Assembly: GCA_044356455.1 (NCBI GenBank)
Contig: JBIKWF010000083.1
Coordinates: 1-19,711 of the forward strand
DNA length: 19,711 nucleotides
Source of the DNA: Bdellovibrionota bacterium
Lineage (GTDB): Bacteria > Bdellovibrionota_C > UBA2361 > JBGSMV01
Reading direction: 5' to 3'
In this document: positions 9,180 through 17,224 of the stretch, piece after piece
Numbering within the stretch: position 1 is the first letter of the stretch
Layout of the letters: each line of letters opens with the position of its first letter
The notes under the pieces: generated by a model
The model's database searches: none
Seen by the model: only the letters and a program-made list of their open reading frames with translations
What the model was told of the DNA's origin: nothing
Program-made: the position numbers and the translations under genes

Positions 9180-9268
9180 ACCACAAAGGACGCCAAGGAC
9201 GCAAAGAAAACTGAGAAATAGCTCATTATATCAAGGTATTCCTTCGTATCCTTGGCGTCCTTTGTGGT
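9180..9268. repeat. 9-bp-unit mirrored hairpin (copy I)
   Basis: ACCACAAAGGACGCCAAGGACGCAAAG (9180-9206) pairs with CTTCGTATCCTTGGCGTCCTTTGTGGT (9242-9268). Confidence 0.8.
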
Positions 9269-9440
9269 CCTGAGATTCTATGAGTTCTTTCAATTTTTTG
9301 CAGGGAGTACTTCGCAGCCCTACAGCTGCCGGGGGCTTTTCGAATGTTTAGAGTTCATTTATGATCCTTTTGGGCTGTTTGATGCGTCCAAGCATTAAGC
9401 CATTCCAAACCAATCAAAGTCTCAGTAGGAGAGTTCCCAA

Positions 9441-9992
9441 ATGATTAAATTTCGCCAATTCGCTTTTGTGCTGCTTTCTTTGGCCATCGCGTCTTATCCT
9501 TTCGTTTCCCCTTCCTCTGAGGCTGAAGCGAGAGAGAGGAACCCTAAGAGAATTGACCGAAACCTTAAGAAGGTGTGCCCAAGGATAATCGACCTTAACC
9601 CGGCCACCACGTTTTTTAAGAACAATAAACCCCTACGTGCGAGCTCAGCCATCAACGCGCCAGTAATTGGTTACTTTAAACAGATGACCTTGGCCAGTAA
9701 CGCGGGTGTACCAAGCATAATTGGCTCCACTGTCGCCACTATGTACGACAGCAAAGGCGGCTTTCTGACTACAATGGCCCCCATGCCATGCCGAAAAGAT
9801 CATTGTTATTCCCGCAACGTGAGCGCTGGCCAGACCGATACCACCCGAAGGCTTGCGATAAAGAGAACAAAGAGCCCAGCTGGTTACATCAAGCTCTCGA
9901 ACACCCTTTGCATGAAGATTGAGGACATTGGTCGTTGCTATGGTAACGAAGTAGACAAGACTCGGGCTCTCTGCAACCAGGTTGTCGGCTAA
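9441..9992 (+). CDS. Secreted basic hypothetical protein with six cysteines
   Basis: AGGAGAG RBS. Signal peptide MIKFRQFAFVLLSLAIAS...AEA. Six Cys, Lys/Arg-rich. Followed by a terminator. Confidence 0.8.
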   Translation: MIKFRQFAFVLLSLAIASYPFVSPSSEAEARERNPKRIDRNLKKVCPRIIDLNPATTFFKNNKPLRASSAINAPVIGYFKQMTLASNAGVPSIIGSTVATMYDSKGGFLTTMAPMPCRKDHCYSRNVSAGQTDTTRRLAIKRTKSPAGYIKLSNTLCMKIEDIGRCYGNEVDKTRALCNQVVG

Positions 9993-10029
9993 TTGCGAGT
10001 CGACCCTTTCCTAGCGAAACTTACTATTG

Positions 10030-10072
10030 GCCTCATGAGTTCGATTTTTCGAATTCATGAGGCTATTTTTTT
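10030..10072 (+). terminator. Rho-independent terminator
   Basis: Stem GCCTCATGAGTTCG / CGAATTCATGAGGC followed by TATTTTTTT. Confidence 0.8.
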
Positions 10073-10275
10073 CTCCCCTTCACCCCTCCTGCCCACCCAA
10101 AGCGGGCTATGTCATTGATAACGTTAACGCCATGCTCCCCACTATCATTGTCAGATTCAAATCTCTTTTTGATCTTGCCCAGGAAGGCATCAAAGCTGCG
10201 CATAACTGAATAACCCTATTGGAGCTGCCTAAGAGGTTGCTTTCTGGGCAAGTTGCCCATGCGTGGGGAGGAGAA

Positions 10276-10779
10276 ATGGCAGCGAAAGAGCAGAACGGCC
10301 ATCAGCCAGAGAGGCACGAAGGGTCGTATTTTGTTAAGCCATCTGCGGGATCGCGGAGTTTCGATGTGAGCATTATAGGTGCCGGGCTTGAAGAACTCTC
10401 GCTCACGATTCGAATTACCCCCGAACCTACATCAGCAGAACCTGCAAGCAGCTCTGCTTTCCCGGATTTTGTTCGAAGGATACGTAAGAACGCTGGTCTC
10501 TCTCAAGGCGAACTTGGTCAGATGACTGGGTTTTCCCAATCGGCTATTTCTCGAATTGAGCATGGAGTTAAGCCATCCCCCGAGCAAGAAGCGGAGCTTA
10601 GGATGCATCTCACCAAACTTGAAGATGACACTACACACCGAGATATCCAGGACAAGGCAGGGAGAAAAGCGCCTAGAGATAGAGTCCAGCAGCACCGAAA
10701 AGCAAGTGCAGCTCTCGACGATCTGCAGTTGCCTGACCGCAGCACGATAGCTGGCAACACCCTGGGGGGAAGTAATTAA
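10276..10779 (+). CDS. XRE-family helix-turn-helix protein
   Basis: VRRIRKNAGLSQGELGQMTGFSQSAISRIEHG is an HTH_3-type signature. ATG 10276 follows GGGGAGGAG and is preferred over TTG 10219. Confidence 0.8.
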   Translation: MAAKEQNGHQPERHEGSYFVKPSAGSRSFDVSIIGAGLEELSLTIRITPEPTSAEPASSSAFPDFVRRIRKNAGLSQGELGQMTGFSQSAISRIEHGVKPSPEQEAELRMHLTKLEDDTTHRDIQDKAGRKAPRDRVQQHRKASAALDDLQLPDRSTIAGNTLGGSN

Positions 10780-10816
10780 ATGCCTCCCCCAAATTCGGGG
10801 AATTTCTCGGGCGGAG

Positions 10817-11078
10817 CTAGGAGTGTGTCCCGTAGGAACATAAATCTGCATTTTGGACACAATCCGTAGCCGCCTTTTCACGCGGCAGTTCGGTCGCGCC
10901 GAAACACGCGAAATGAAAAGGCGCGCTGAGCCCCTATTCGAGGAGATTCCCGCGGAAGGGACTACTTGTGGCACTCTAGGGAGTTTCGAGCCTTGTAGGG
11001 CGTATGAGCAATAGGGGCTAGGTGGGCTGTCCCGCTGCCACCACAACATATTGTGGTGGCAACGGGACACTCTCCTAA
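10817..11078. mobile_element. MITE-like element, family III (copy J, 262 bp), inverted relative to H
   Basis: CTAGGAGTGTGTCCCG ... CGGGACACTCTCCTAA. About 96% identical to copy H over 235 bp. Right end overlaps the smc TAG stop. Confidence 0.85.
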
Positions 11079-14000
11079 GCCACGTGCTGATACGCCTCAT
11101 TGAGGGAAACGGTAACTACCGTAGAAGCCCCCGGCTGCTGCATGGTCACGCCAATGAGCTGATCCGCAACCGTCATAGTCTGCTTATTGTGCGTAATCAC
11201 GACGAACTGAGTGCGGTTACTCATATCCTTAAGCAGAGACAAGAAGCGCACCAAATTTGCTTCATCGAGCGGGGCGTCAACCTCATCGAGCACGCAAAGC
11301 GGACTTGGCCGTTCCATAAACATGGAAACAATCATAGCGATAGCACAAAGCGCTTTTTCTCCGCCGGAAAGAAGCTCAATCGATTTAGGCTTCTTGCCAG
11401 GAGGACGCACCATGATGTCAATCCCGCACTCAAGTGGCTTGGTAGGGTCGGTAAGCTCGAGGGTGCCCTTTCCTCCACCAAAGAGGCGCGGAATTAATCC
11501 TAAGAAATTATTGCGCACGGCCTCGAACGTGGAGAGGAAGCGCTTTTCTGAGGTTTCGCGTAGTTTTTCAATGGTGCGCTTAAGGGTATCAGCCGCAGTT
11601 GAAAGGTCGTGCTTCTGAGTTCCAAGCTCCTTAAGACGAACCTCTTCCTCTTCAAAGCGCTGGATTGAGGAACTATCAACCTCTCCTTCTCGCGCAATGC
11701 GAGCCCGAATCTTTTGAACCTCCTCGCGGAATTCAGAGCGCTCACTATCGAAAAGAGGCTTCTCAAGGACAATAGGTGCCGAGACAGGCGAGGCCTCGCC
11801 GGCAGCCGAAGTTATGGTTTCAGGCGCGCCCTCCGCAACCTGAGCAGCCTGGCTTTCGAGCAACTCGGCGCTCTCCTGGTTCTCTTCGGATTTCTCTTGT
11901 GCGACTTGTGGCTTGGGAGCTTCTCCAAACTGGGCCTCAAGCGTTGCAAGAAGCTCAGCTCCGTATTCGGTTAAGACGCGCTCCTTGAGAGACTGAAGCT
12001 CAAGTCCTACGCGCTCTACTTCTAGCTCACCGCGCGATACGGCTTGGCGAATTCGCTCCCTATCATTGCGCGCGAGCTCAAGGCGCTGCGCAATGGCTCC
12101 AAGAATTGATCTGCCCTCCTTGCGGCGCTTATCAATCCCCTCCCATACCGTGCGAAGCTCAGCAAGTTCAGAGGTCAAGTCCTTGGCTGCTCCCGTGGGG
12201 TCAAGAACGCGTTCGAACTCAGCCACTTCCGCGGCAATGTGCGCCTGGGAAGCCAAAAGCCCCTCGATACGCTCCTTTGCCTGAAGCACCTGCTGCTCGA
12301 TGCGATTTACGTCCTGCTCAAGCTGAGAAAGCAAGCGTTTCTCGGCATGCAGGCGGCCGCGCACGGCTCCCTGCTGATTTGAAATTTCTCTTGCACGCGC
12401 CTGCTGGCGCCGACTCTCGGCGAGGGCCTCTCCGTGACGACGCTCAGCTTCGTAAATACTTTGCTGCACCGTTTCTCGAAACGTAGCCAGCTCCTGATGA
12501 TCGGTGCGGAACTTCTCTACCTGCTGCTCGAGCTCTTCGGCCTCTCTTTGAAGATGAAGCACGCCCTGTCCGGTTCGGCCCGCACAGAAGAAGCTTAGAT
12601 CCGTCAGGACCTCTCCATTCTTAGTAACAATAGTTCCTAAGAAGCTTCCCGGTGAAAAGCCTTGCGTTACGCGCTCCTCAAAATAGCGCGTAGCTTCATC
12701 GACAGAATCTGCAACGTAATAGTGAGAGAGTACCTGCTCCGCAGAAGCTCCGAACTCCGGCTTTACGTCAATCACTTCAAGCAGTCGCTTGAAAGGTATT
12801 GCGGTTGCTGTGACAGTTGTCTTTGCTGCGCCTTCTACTGGCTGCGGATGCGCTGCTTCTGGGATCTCAAGGGTAGTGGGAGGAGTTCTTAAGAAAAGCC
12901 CCAAGGAGGGAGGCTCAAAGCGCTTCTGCTTTCCAGAATTTCGAAAAGCCTCTGAGACCTCGCGAAACGCGGAAGAGTAGCTACGCGCCGTACCGTAGAG
13001 ATCGTCAGAGACAAGATAAGATACTCTTTCTGCAAGCGCCGCCTGTACGGCCTTAACATACTCGCCAGGCACGGAAAGCCCAGAAACAAAGAGTGAGGTT
13101 CCATCCCCGAGCGCTGAGAGAACTTGCTTAAAGGCAATACCGGCAGGGCCCTCAAGGGCTTCATGCCTCCCACCCAGTGCGAGCACATCCTTCATCTGAG
13201 CCACGGGCGAAGTGCGCTCGATCTGCTCGCGCAGAGCCTGGCTACGGCTTTCTGCCGAGACGAGCCTGTCTCGCGTGCTCCTAAATTCTTGCTCACGTGA
13301 GCGCAGCTGATCTCTCAGTTCGCTTAGTTGTTGGGCAAGTTGCTTGACGAGCTCCTCATGCTCTCCGCCAAGCTCCCCTAACTGACGAACAAGCTCAGCA
13401 TCCTTAGACTCAAGATCCGCAATAGTGCGCTCGGCGTCGCTGCGTCTTTCCGTAAGAGTTTGCTTGCGCTCACCAAAGGCATGAACTTGATTTTTTGCGG
13501 CTTCGACCTGAGCGTTAATTTCACTAAGCTTCGCCGAGGCGCGAGATTTGCGCTCGCTACGCTGCCTGAGCTCTTCTTGGATAGAGTCGATGCGCCGGCG
13601 TATATCATCGCCTTCAACATCAACCGCGAGCATGCTACCGCGCGCTTCTTGTTCCTCGGCGTGAGCTTTCTGGAAAGCAGCGTCCGCATTCCCCTCTTCG
13701 CCTTTTACTTTGGCGAGGGCCTCGCGCTTCACCTTTTGCTGCGCCTGCAAGCCAATGAAGCTATCGGCGAACAAGATTCGCTCGAGCTCCGTGATGCGAG
13801 CCTTAAGCTGCTCTCTGGCTTTGGCGCGAGAGGCCTGCACGCGCAAAGAGTTCACCTGCCTTTGCACTTCGCGCGACACATCGTCAAGTCGAACCAAATT
13901 TTGAGTGGTCTCTTCAAGGCGGCGATTTGCGGTGGCAATTTTTTCCCGGAACCCAGAGACGCCGGCGGCTTCCTCGATAATAAGCCTGCGCTCTTCAGGG

Positions 14001-14911
14001 CGCGCTGTGACAATGCGGCCTACCTCGCCCTGTGCCACGATGGTGTAGGCGCGCGCGCCCAAACCAACGAGCCTAAAGAGCTCCTTCATGTCCTTTAAGC
14101 GGCAGGATACGCGGTTAATAAAGAACTCGGACTCTCCGCTACGATAAAGGCGGCGTGTAATTTGAACTTCCTGAACATTCCTAAGCCAGCCAAAGCGATT
14201 GAGCGCGTGACGAGCGAACTCCTCGTCAGCCACGTCATCGGCAAGCCCTTCGGTAACATTCGGCTTGGGAGGCTCTCCCGCAGTTCCTGATTCTGGCTGC
14301 GCAGCTGCCGATACCTGCGCAGGCGCCTGCGAAGCTGCCTCGCCTAAGGTGCCATCAATCACGCTCAAATTTGGACGCGACTCTGATTCAGAGCCTCCAA
14401 TAACCGCCGAAACCGCCTGATCTAATAAAGTTCCTTCGATAACCGTCAAATGCGGACGAGCTTCTTCAGCTCCCTGGGAAGCGGATTCCGTACTAGATTC
14501 GCCCTCGGGAGAACTTCCCTCTGACGGCTGCTGTTCCATCTCCGCAGCCTCTTCTTCGGCCTGAGAGGACTCTTCGCGAGCAAGCAGGGCGGCGAATTGA
14601 TTCCCCTGCCTGGTGAGCGTGGAAACAATCTCACTAAAGAAATCTTTCTGAGACGCCCGAAGCGTCATCGTGACTTCAGCAAGACCTAGGGGTCTTAATT
14701 TATCAGTACCGTTAAATATAACGTCCTCTAGGGCGCCGCCTCTGAGCTGGCTTGCGCGGCTTTCTCCAAGCACCCAGCGCAAGGCATCCACAATATTTGA
14801 TTTCCCGCACCCGTTTGGTCCCACGACCCCGGTAAACCCTGCCTCTAAGGGCAGTACGAGTTTTTCGAGAAAGGATTTAAAGCCAAAGATTTCTAAGCGG
14901 GTTACTCGCAT
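11075..14911 (-). CDS. smc: Chromosome segregation protein SMC
   Basis: GFKSF, Walker A GPNGCGKSN, Q-loop IVAQG, EEAAG, coiled coils around a central hinge-like region, signature LSGGEK, Walker B/D-loop VLDEVDAPLD, ITH. Confidence 0.96.
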   Translation of the reverse strand: MRVTRLEIFGFKSFLEKLVLPLEAGFTGVVGPNGCGKSNIVDALRWVLGESRASQLRGGALEDVIFNGTDKLRPLGLAEVTMTLRASQKDFFSEIVSTLTRQGNQFAALLAREESSQAEEEAAEMEQQPSEGSSPEGESSTESASQGAEEARPHLTVIEGTLLDQAVSAVIGGSESESRPNLSVIDGTLGEAASQAPAQVSAAAQPESGTAGEPPKPNVTEGLADDVADEEFARHALNRFGWLRNVQEVQITRRLYRSGESEFFINRVSCRLKDMKELFRLVGLGARAYTIVAQGEVGRIVTARPEERRLIIEEAAGVSGFREKIATANRRLEETTQNLVRLDDVSREVQRQVNSLRVQASRAKAREQLKARITELERILFADSFIGLQAQQKVKREALAKVKGEEGNADAAFQKAHAEEQEARGSMLAVDVEGDDIRRRIDSIQEELRQRSERKSRASAKLSEINAQVEAAKNQVHAFGERKQTLTERRSDAERTIADLESKDAELVRQLGELGGEHEELVKQLAQQLSELRDQLRSREQEFRSTRDRLVSAESRSQALREQIERTSPVAQMKDVLALGGRHEALEGPAGIAFKQVLSALGDGTSLFVSGLSVPGEYVKAVQAALAERVSYLVSDDLYGTARSYSSAFREVSEAFRNSGKQKRFEPPSLGLFLRTPPTTLEIPEAAHPQPVEGAAKTTVTATAIPFKRLLEVIDVKPEFGASAEQVLSHYYVADSVDEATRYFEERVTQGFSPGSFLGTIVTKNGEVLTDLSFFCAGRTGQGVLHLQREAEELEQQVEKFRTDHQELATFRETVQQSIYEAERRHGEALAESRRQQARAREISNQQGAVRGRLHAEKRLLSQLEQDVNRIEQQVLQAKERIEGLLASQAHIAAEVAEFERVLDPTGAAKDLTSELAELRTVWEGIDKRRKEGRSILGAIAQRLELARNDRERIRQAVSRGELEVERVGLELQSLKERVLTEYGAELLATLEAQFGEAPKPQVAQEKSEENQESAELLESQAAQVAEGAPETITSAAGEASPVSAPIVLEKPLFDSERSEFREEVQKIRARIAREGEVDSSSIQRFEEEEVRLKELGTQKHDLSTAADTLKRTIEKLRETSEKRFLSTFEAVRNNFLGLIPRLFGGGKGTLELTDPTKPLECGIDIMVRPPGKKPKSIELLSGGEKALCAIAMIVSMFMERPSPLCVLDEVDAPLDEANLVRFLSLLKDMSNRTQFVVITHNKQTMTVADQLIGVTMQQPGASTVVTVSLNEAYQHVA

Positions 14912-14930
14912 ACAGCCATTATGAGAAGCG

Positions 14931-15000
14931 CAGACAAAAAAACACAGACAAAGAAAACACAGACAAAGAAAACACAGACAAACAACTCAGACGAAGAACA
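14931..15000. repeat. ~15-bp tandem repeat (CAGACAAAGAAAACA), 2 exact plus 3 degenerate units, upstream of smc
   Basis: Units start at 14931, 14945, 14960, 14975 and 14988. Confidence 0.85.
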
Positions 15001-15228
15001 AGCGTCCGGAGACTAACCGTAAGTTCAAGCACTTTAAAGCAAAAAGAATAGGCTGCAAAGTGCCTGATGGGATTTGATTGGAGCAAACTGCCGTGAAAGA
15101 AAAATGGGCGCCGGGACATTCAAAATGGGAAAGACCCAATGGAATTTCAATGTCTTACCACTGCGCAACCGAAGGGCTGTGACCAAAAAGGAGGGAGGCT
15201 CTTAGGCAGAATTCTGACGAAAGGTGTG

Positions 15229-15310
15229 TAGTGACCGCAACTTAGATTCGACCGCCAAGGACACAAAGATGAATTCTTGACCTTTGCGTCCTTCGTGTCC
15301 TTTGTGGTCC
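15229..15310. repeat. 9-bp-unit mirrored hairpin (copy L) preceded by a family II-like end
   Basis: TAGTGACCGCAACTTAGA, then ACCGCCAAGGACACAAAG ... CCTTTGCGTCCTTCGTGTCCTTTGTGGTCC. Confidence 0.65.
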
Positions 15311-15354
15311 AAAAAAACGAACGCAAAGACCATTTGAAGGAAAGGAGTCTAGAG

Positions 15355-15996
15355 CTAGGACTCCCCTGCACTCGCTTTTGGATCTTGGACCGCCGTTTCT
15401 GCAACCGACGAAGCCTCTGGCATGATTCCGACCAGCCGAAAGACTTTCACGGTGTACTCATACGCTCCCCAATACGAGATGAGGATTGAGGTCAGAAGCA
15501 AATAGAGCCCTATCACTTGAAAAGTAAGCATGAATCCAAGGATGTTGAATTTGGGATAATGAAGCAGCAAAAAGACGATTGCCACCATCTGCAGCACGCT
15601 TTTTACCTTTCCCGCGCCGCTCGCTTCCACCGCAACTCCGCGCACCGCGGCAACCCCGCGCAGACCCGTCACCCACATCTCGCGCGCAAGAACCATGAAT
15701 ACCATCCACGGAGGGACCCACGCATCGCCGTACATATCGTCACGCTGCCCAAGCAGCATTACGAGAGCCGCCATAACAAGCAGCTTATCCGCAAGCGGAT
15801 CGACAAGTTTGCCGAAATCTGAAATAGCGCCGAAGCGACGTGCGATAATTCCGTCGAAATAGTCTGTGAGGGCAGCCACGATAAAAACAGCAACTGCAAG
15901 CGCATGAACAAAAGGCGAAAGATCGACCATGAGCACCACAAGAAGTGGCACCATTACGAGCCGTGCTACGGTGAGATAATTAGGAACCTTCTTCAC
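15355..15996 (-). CDS. pgsA: CDP-diacylglycerol--glycerol-3-phosphate 3-phosphatidyltransferase
   Basis: PNYLTVAR; D..DG..AR......FG...DPLADK motif; RE..VTGLR; GK.K...QM. Start is either GTG 15996 (AGGG 6 nt upstream) or TTG 16002. Confidence 0.95.
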   Translation of the reverse strand: MKKVPNYLTVARLVMVPLLVVLMVDLSPFVHALAVAVFIVAALTDYFDGIIARRFGAISDFGKLVDPLADKLLVMAALVMLLGQRDDMYGDAWVPPWMVFMVLAREMWVTGLRGVAAVRGVAVEASGAGKVKSVLQMVAIVFLLLHYPKFNILGFMLTFQVIGLYLLLTSILISYWGAYEYTVKVFRLVGIMPEASSVAETAVQDPKASAGES

Positions 15997-15999
15997 TGC

Positions 16000-16074
16000 C
16001 AACCCTGTCTATGGCAACCCTGTCTATGGCAACCCTGTCTATGGCAACCCTTTCTATGGAAACCCTGCCTCGAG
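16000..16074. repeat. 15-bp tandem repeat CAACCCTGTCTATGG (3 exact, 1 with one mismatch, 1 degenerate)
   Basis: Units start at 16000, 16015, 16030, 16045 and 16060, covering the pgsA translation initiation region. Confidence 0.92.
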
Positions 16075-16148
16075 AAGCCCTACGCTAGCGCGGGCAACCA
16101 AATATTTCAAAAGCGCCTCAGAAACTTCCCCAGCATAAAGAGCCCCCC

Positions 16149-16197
16149 CTTTCGTGGTCTTAGTGGTTATCTTTACTTAGCCACAAAGACCACAAAG
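16149..16197. repeat. Short 9-bp-unit mirrored hairpin (copy N)
   Basis: CTTTCGTGGTCTTAGTGGTTA ... TAGCCACAAAGACCACAAAG, just after the transglycosylase stop. Confidence 0.6.
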
Positions 16198-16207
16198 TGC
16201 CGACTAC

Positions 16208-16888
16208 CTAGGAAGCCGATTCAGCCGCACCTCTCGCGGGAGCGGCCCCGCGATAGCGCAGCTTCATGCTGAGCACTCTATCAACATACTGAACGGTCTC
16301 TGAGAATGGGGGTATTCCCCCGTACTGATCCACGGCCCCCTCTCCTGCGTTATAGGCAGCCAAGACAAGTCGAAGATTTCCGTTGTACCTTCCTAAAAGC
16401 ATCTTGAGGTGCCGCGCACCCCCTTCAATATTCTGAGCGGGATCGAAGGGCCGTTTTACTCCATGCATACGAGCGGTTCCCGGCATGAGCTGCATGAGCC
16501 CCTGAGCGCCCTTCGGGGAAACTGCCCGCGGATTAAAGGCTGACTCAACGTGGATTACTGCTTTAATAAGTTCAGGGTCCACCTTATGGGCTTTGGCGGC
16601 GGACGATATCTCTGCGGAGAAGGAATCATGGAAAAGCCTTCCTCGGGAGGAACCACGGATAGTGCCAACAGTCGAGTAACGCCCCTTCGCGGTAAATACC
16701 TCTGCTCGCACCCCCGCCGCGGGTGGCTTGGTAGAAAACCGAATTACCCCCCCGGCCTGCTTGTAGACGTATATGGGAGCAGCCTCGAGAGAGCTCGAGG
16801 ACCCCAAAAGGGCCGCAAAGACAAAAGCCAGGCGACTTAACGCCCGCCGCTTTCGTAATAACAATATGGTAGGCTTAACTCCGCGCAT
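16208..16888 (-). CDS. Lytic transglycosylase (SLT domain) with signal peptide and DUF4124-like N-terminus
   Basis: [66 protein letters not shown]. Confidence 0.93.
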   Translation of the reverse strand: MRGVKPTILLLRKRRALSRLAFVFAALLGSSSSLEAAPIYVYKQAGGVIRFSTKPPAAGVRAEVFTAKGRYSTVGTIRGSSRGRLFHDSFSAEISSAAKAHKVDPELIKAVIHVESAFNPRAVSPKGAQGLMQLMPGTARMHGVKRPFDPAQNIEGGARHLKMLLGRYNGNLRLVLAAYNAGEGAVDQYGGIPPFSETVQYVDRVLSMKLRYRGAAPARGAAESAS

Positions 16889-17224
16889 GCGCCCTCATTC
16901 TACCACGTCCCCCGTTCCTCAGCACTTGGCGGGCACCGTAGCACTCTCTTAAGGCCAAGACAGTCCCAAGAGTTTAGATGCTTGCAGCTACAAAAAAGTG
17001 TCATTTCAGGTAGTTCCAGCAGCGGCGGGATATCGGCCTTCCCGCGTCCTTGCGCCCCGAGCCCCTCTTAGACCGCAATCAGAGTTCTCGGAGTCTCTTT
17101 GGGGGCTAGTGAGATTTTCATAACGCAGTCTTAAGCCGACCCACATGCCCTGGGTCCCGTAGCTGGCGCGGGTAAGGGCAATTTCCCACTTGATGGAGAA
17201 GAAGAACCCTTTTTAGGTGTCTTC

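Noticed and set aside
7970..11078. Autonomous IS or prophage
   Set aside because: No transposase, integrase, recombinase or phage gene is recognisable in the block.
14177..14644. Intein in SMC
   Set aside because: Low-complexity acidic sequence with no C-terminal His-Asn/nucleophile junction or LAGLIDADG blocks.
11051..14924. Many plus-strand ORFs opposite smc, and similar ones opposite ftsY, mgtE, HDOD and flagellin
   Set aside because: Antisense shadows of well-supported genes with no recognisable motifs.
15105..15180. tRNA downstream of pgsA (minus-strand GGTTGCGCAGTGGTAAGAC resembles a D-arm)
   Set aside because: No TTCGA T-loop, acceptor stem or cloverleaf spacing.
15904..16272. ORF with (QPCLW)n repeats, and ORF 14919-15119 with (LSVFS)n
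   Set aside because: These are translations of the 15-bp DNA tandem repeats. The first overlaps pgsA and the transglycosylase on the opposite strand, and neither has other coding support.
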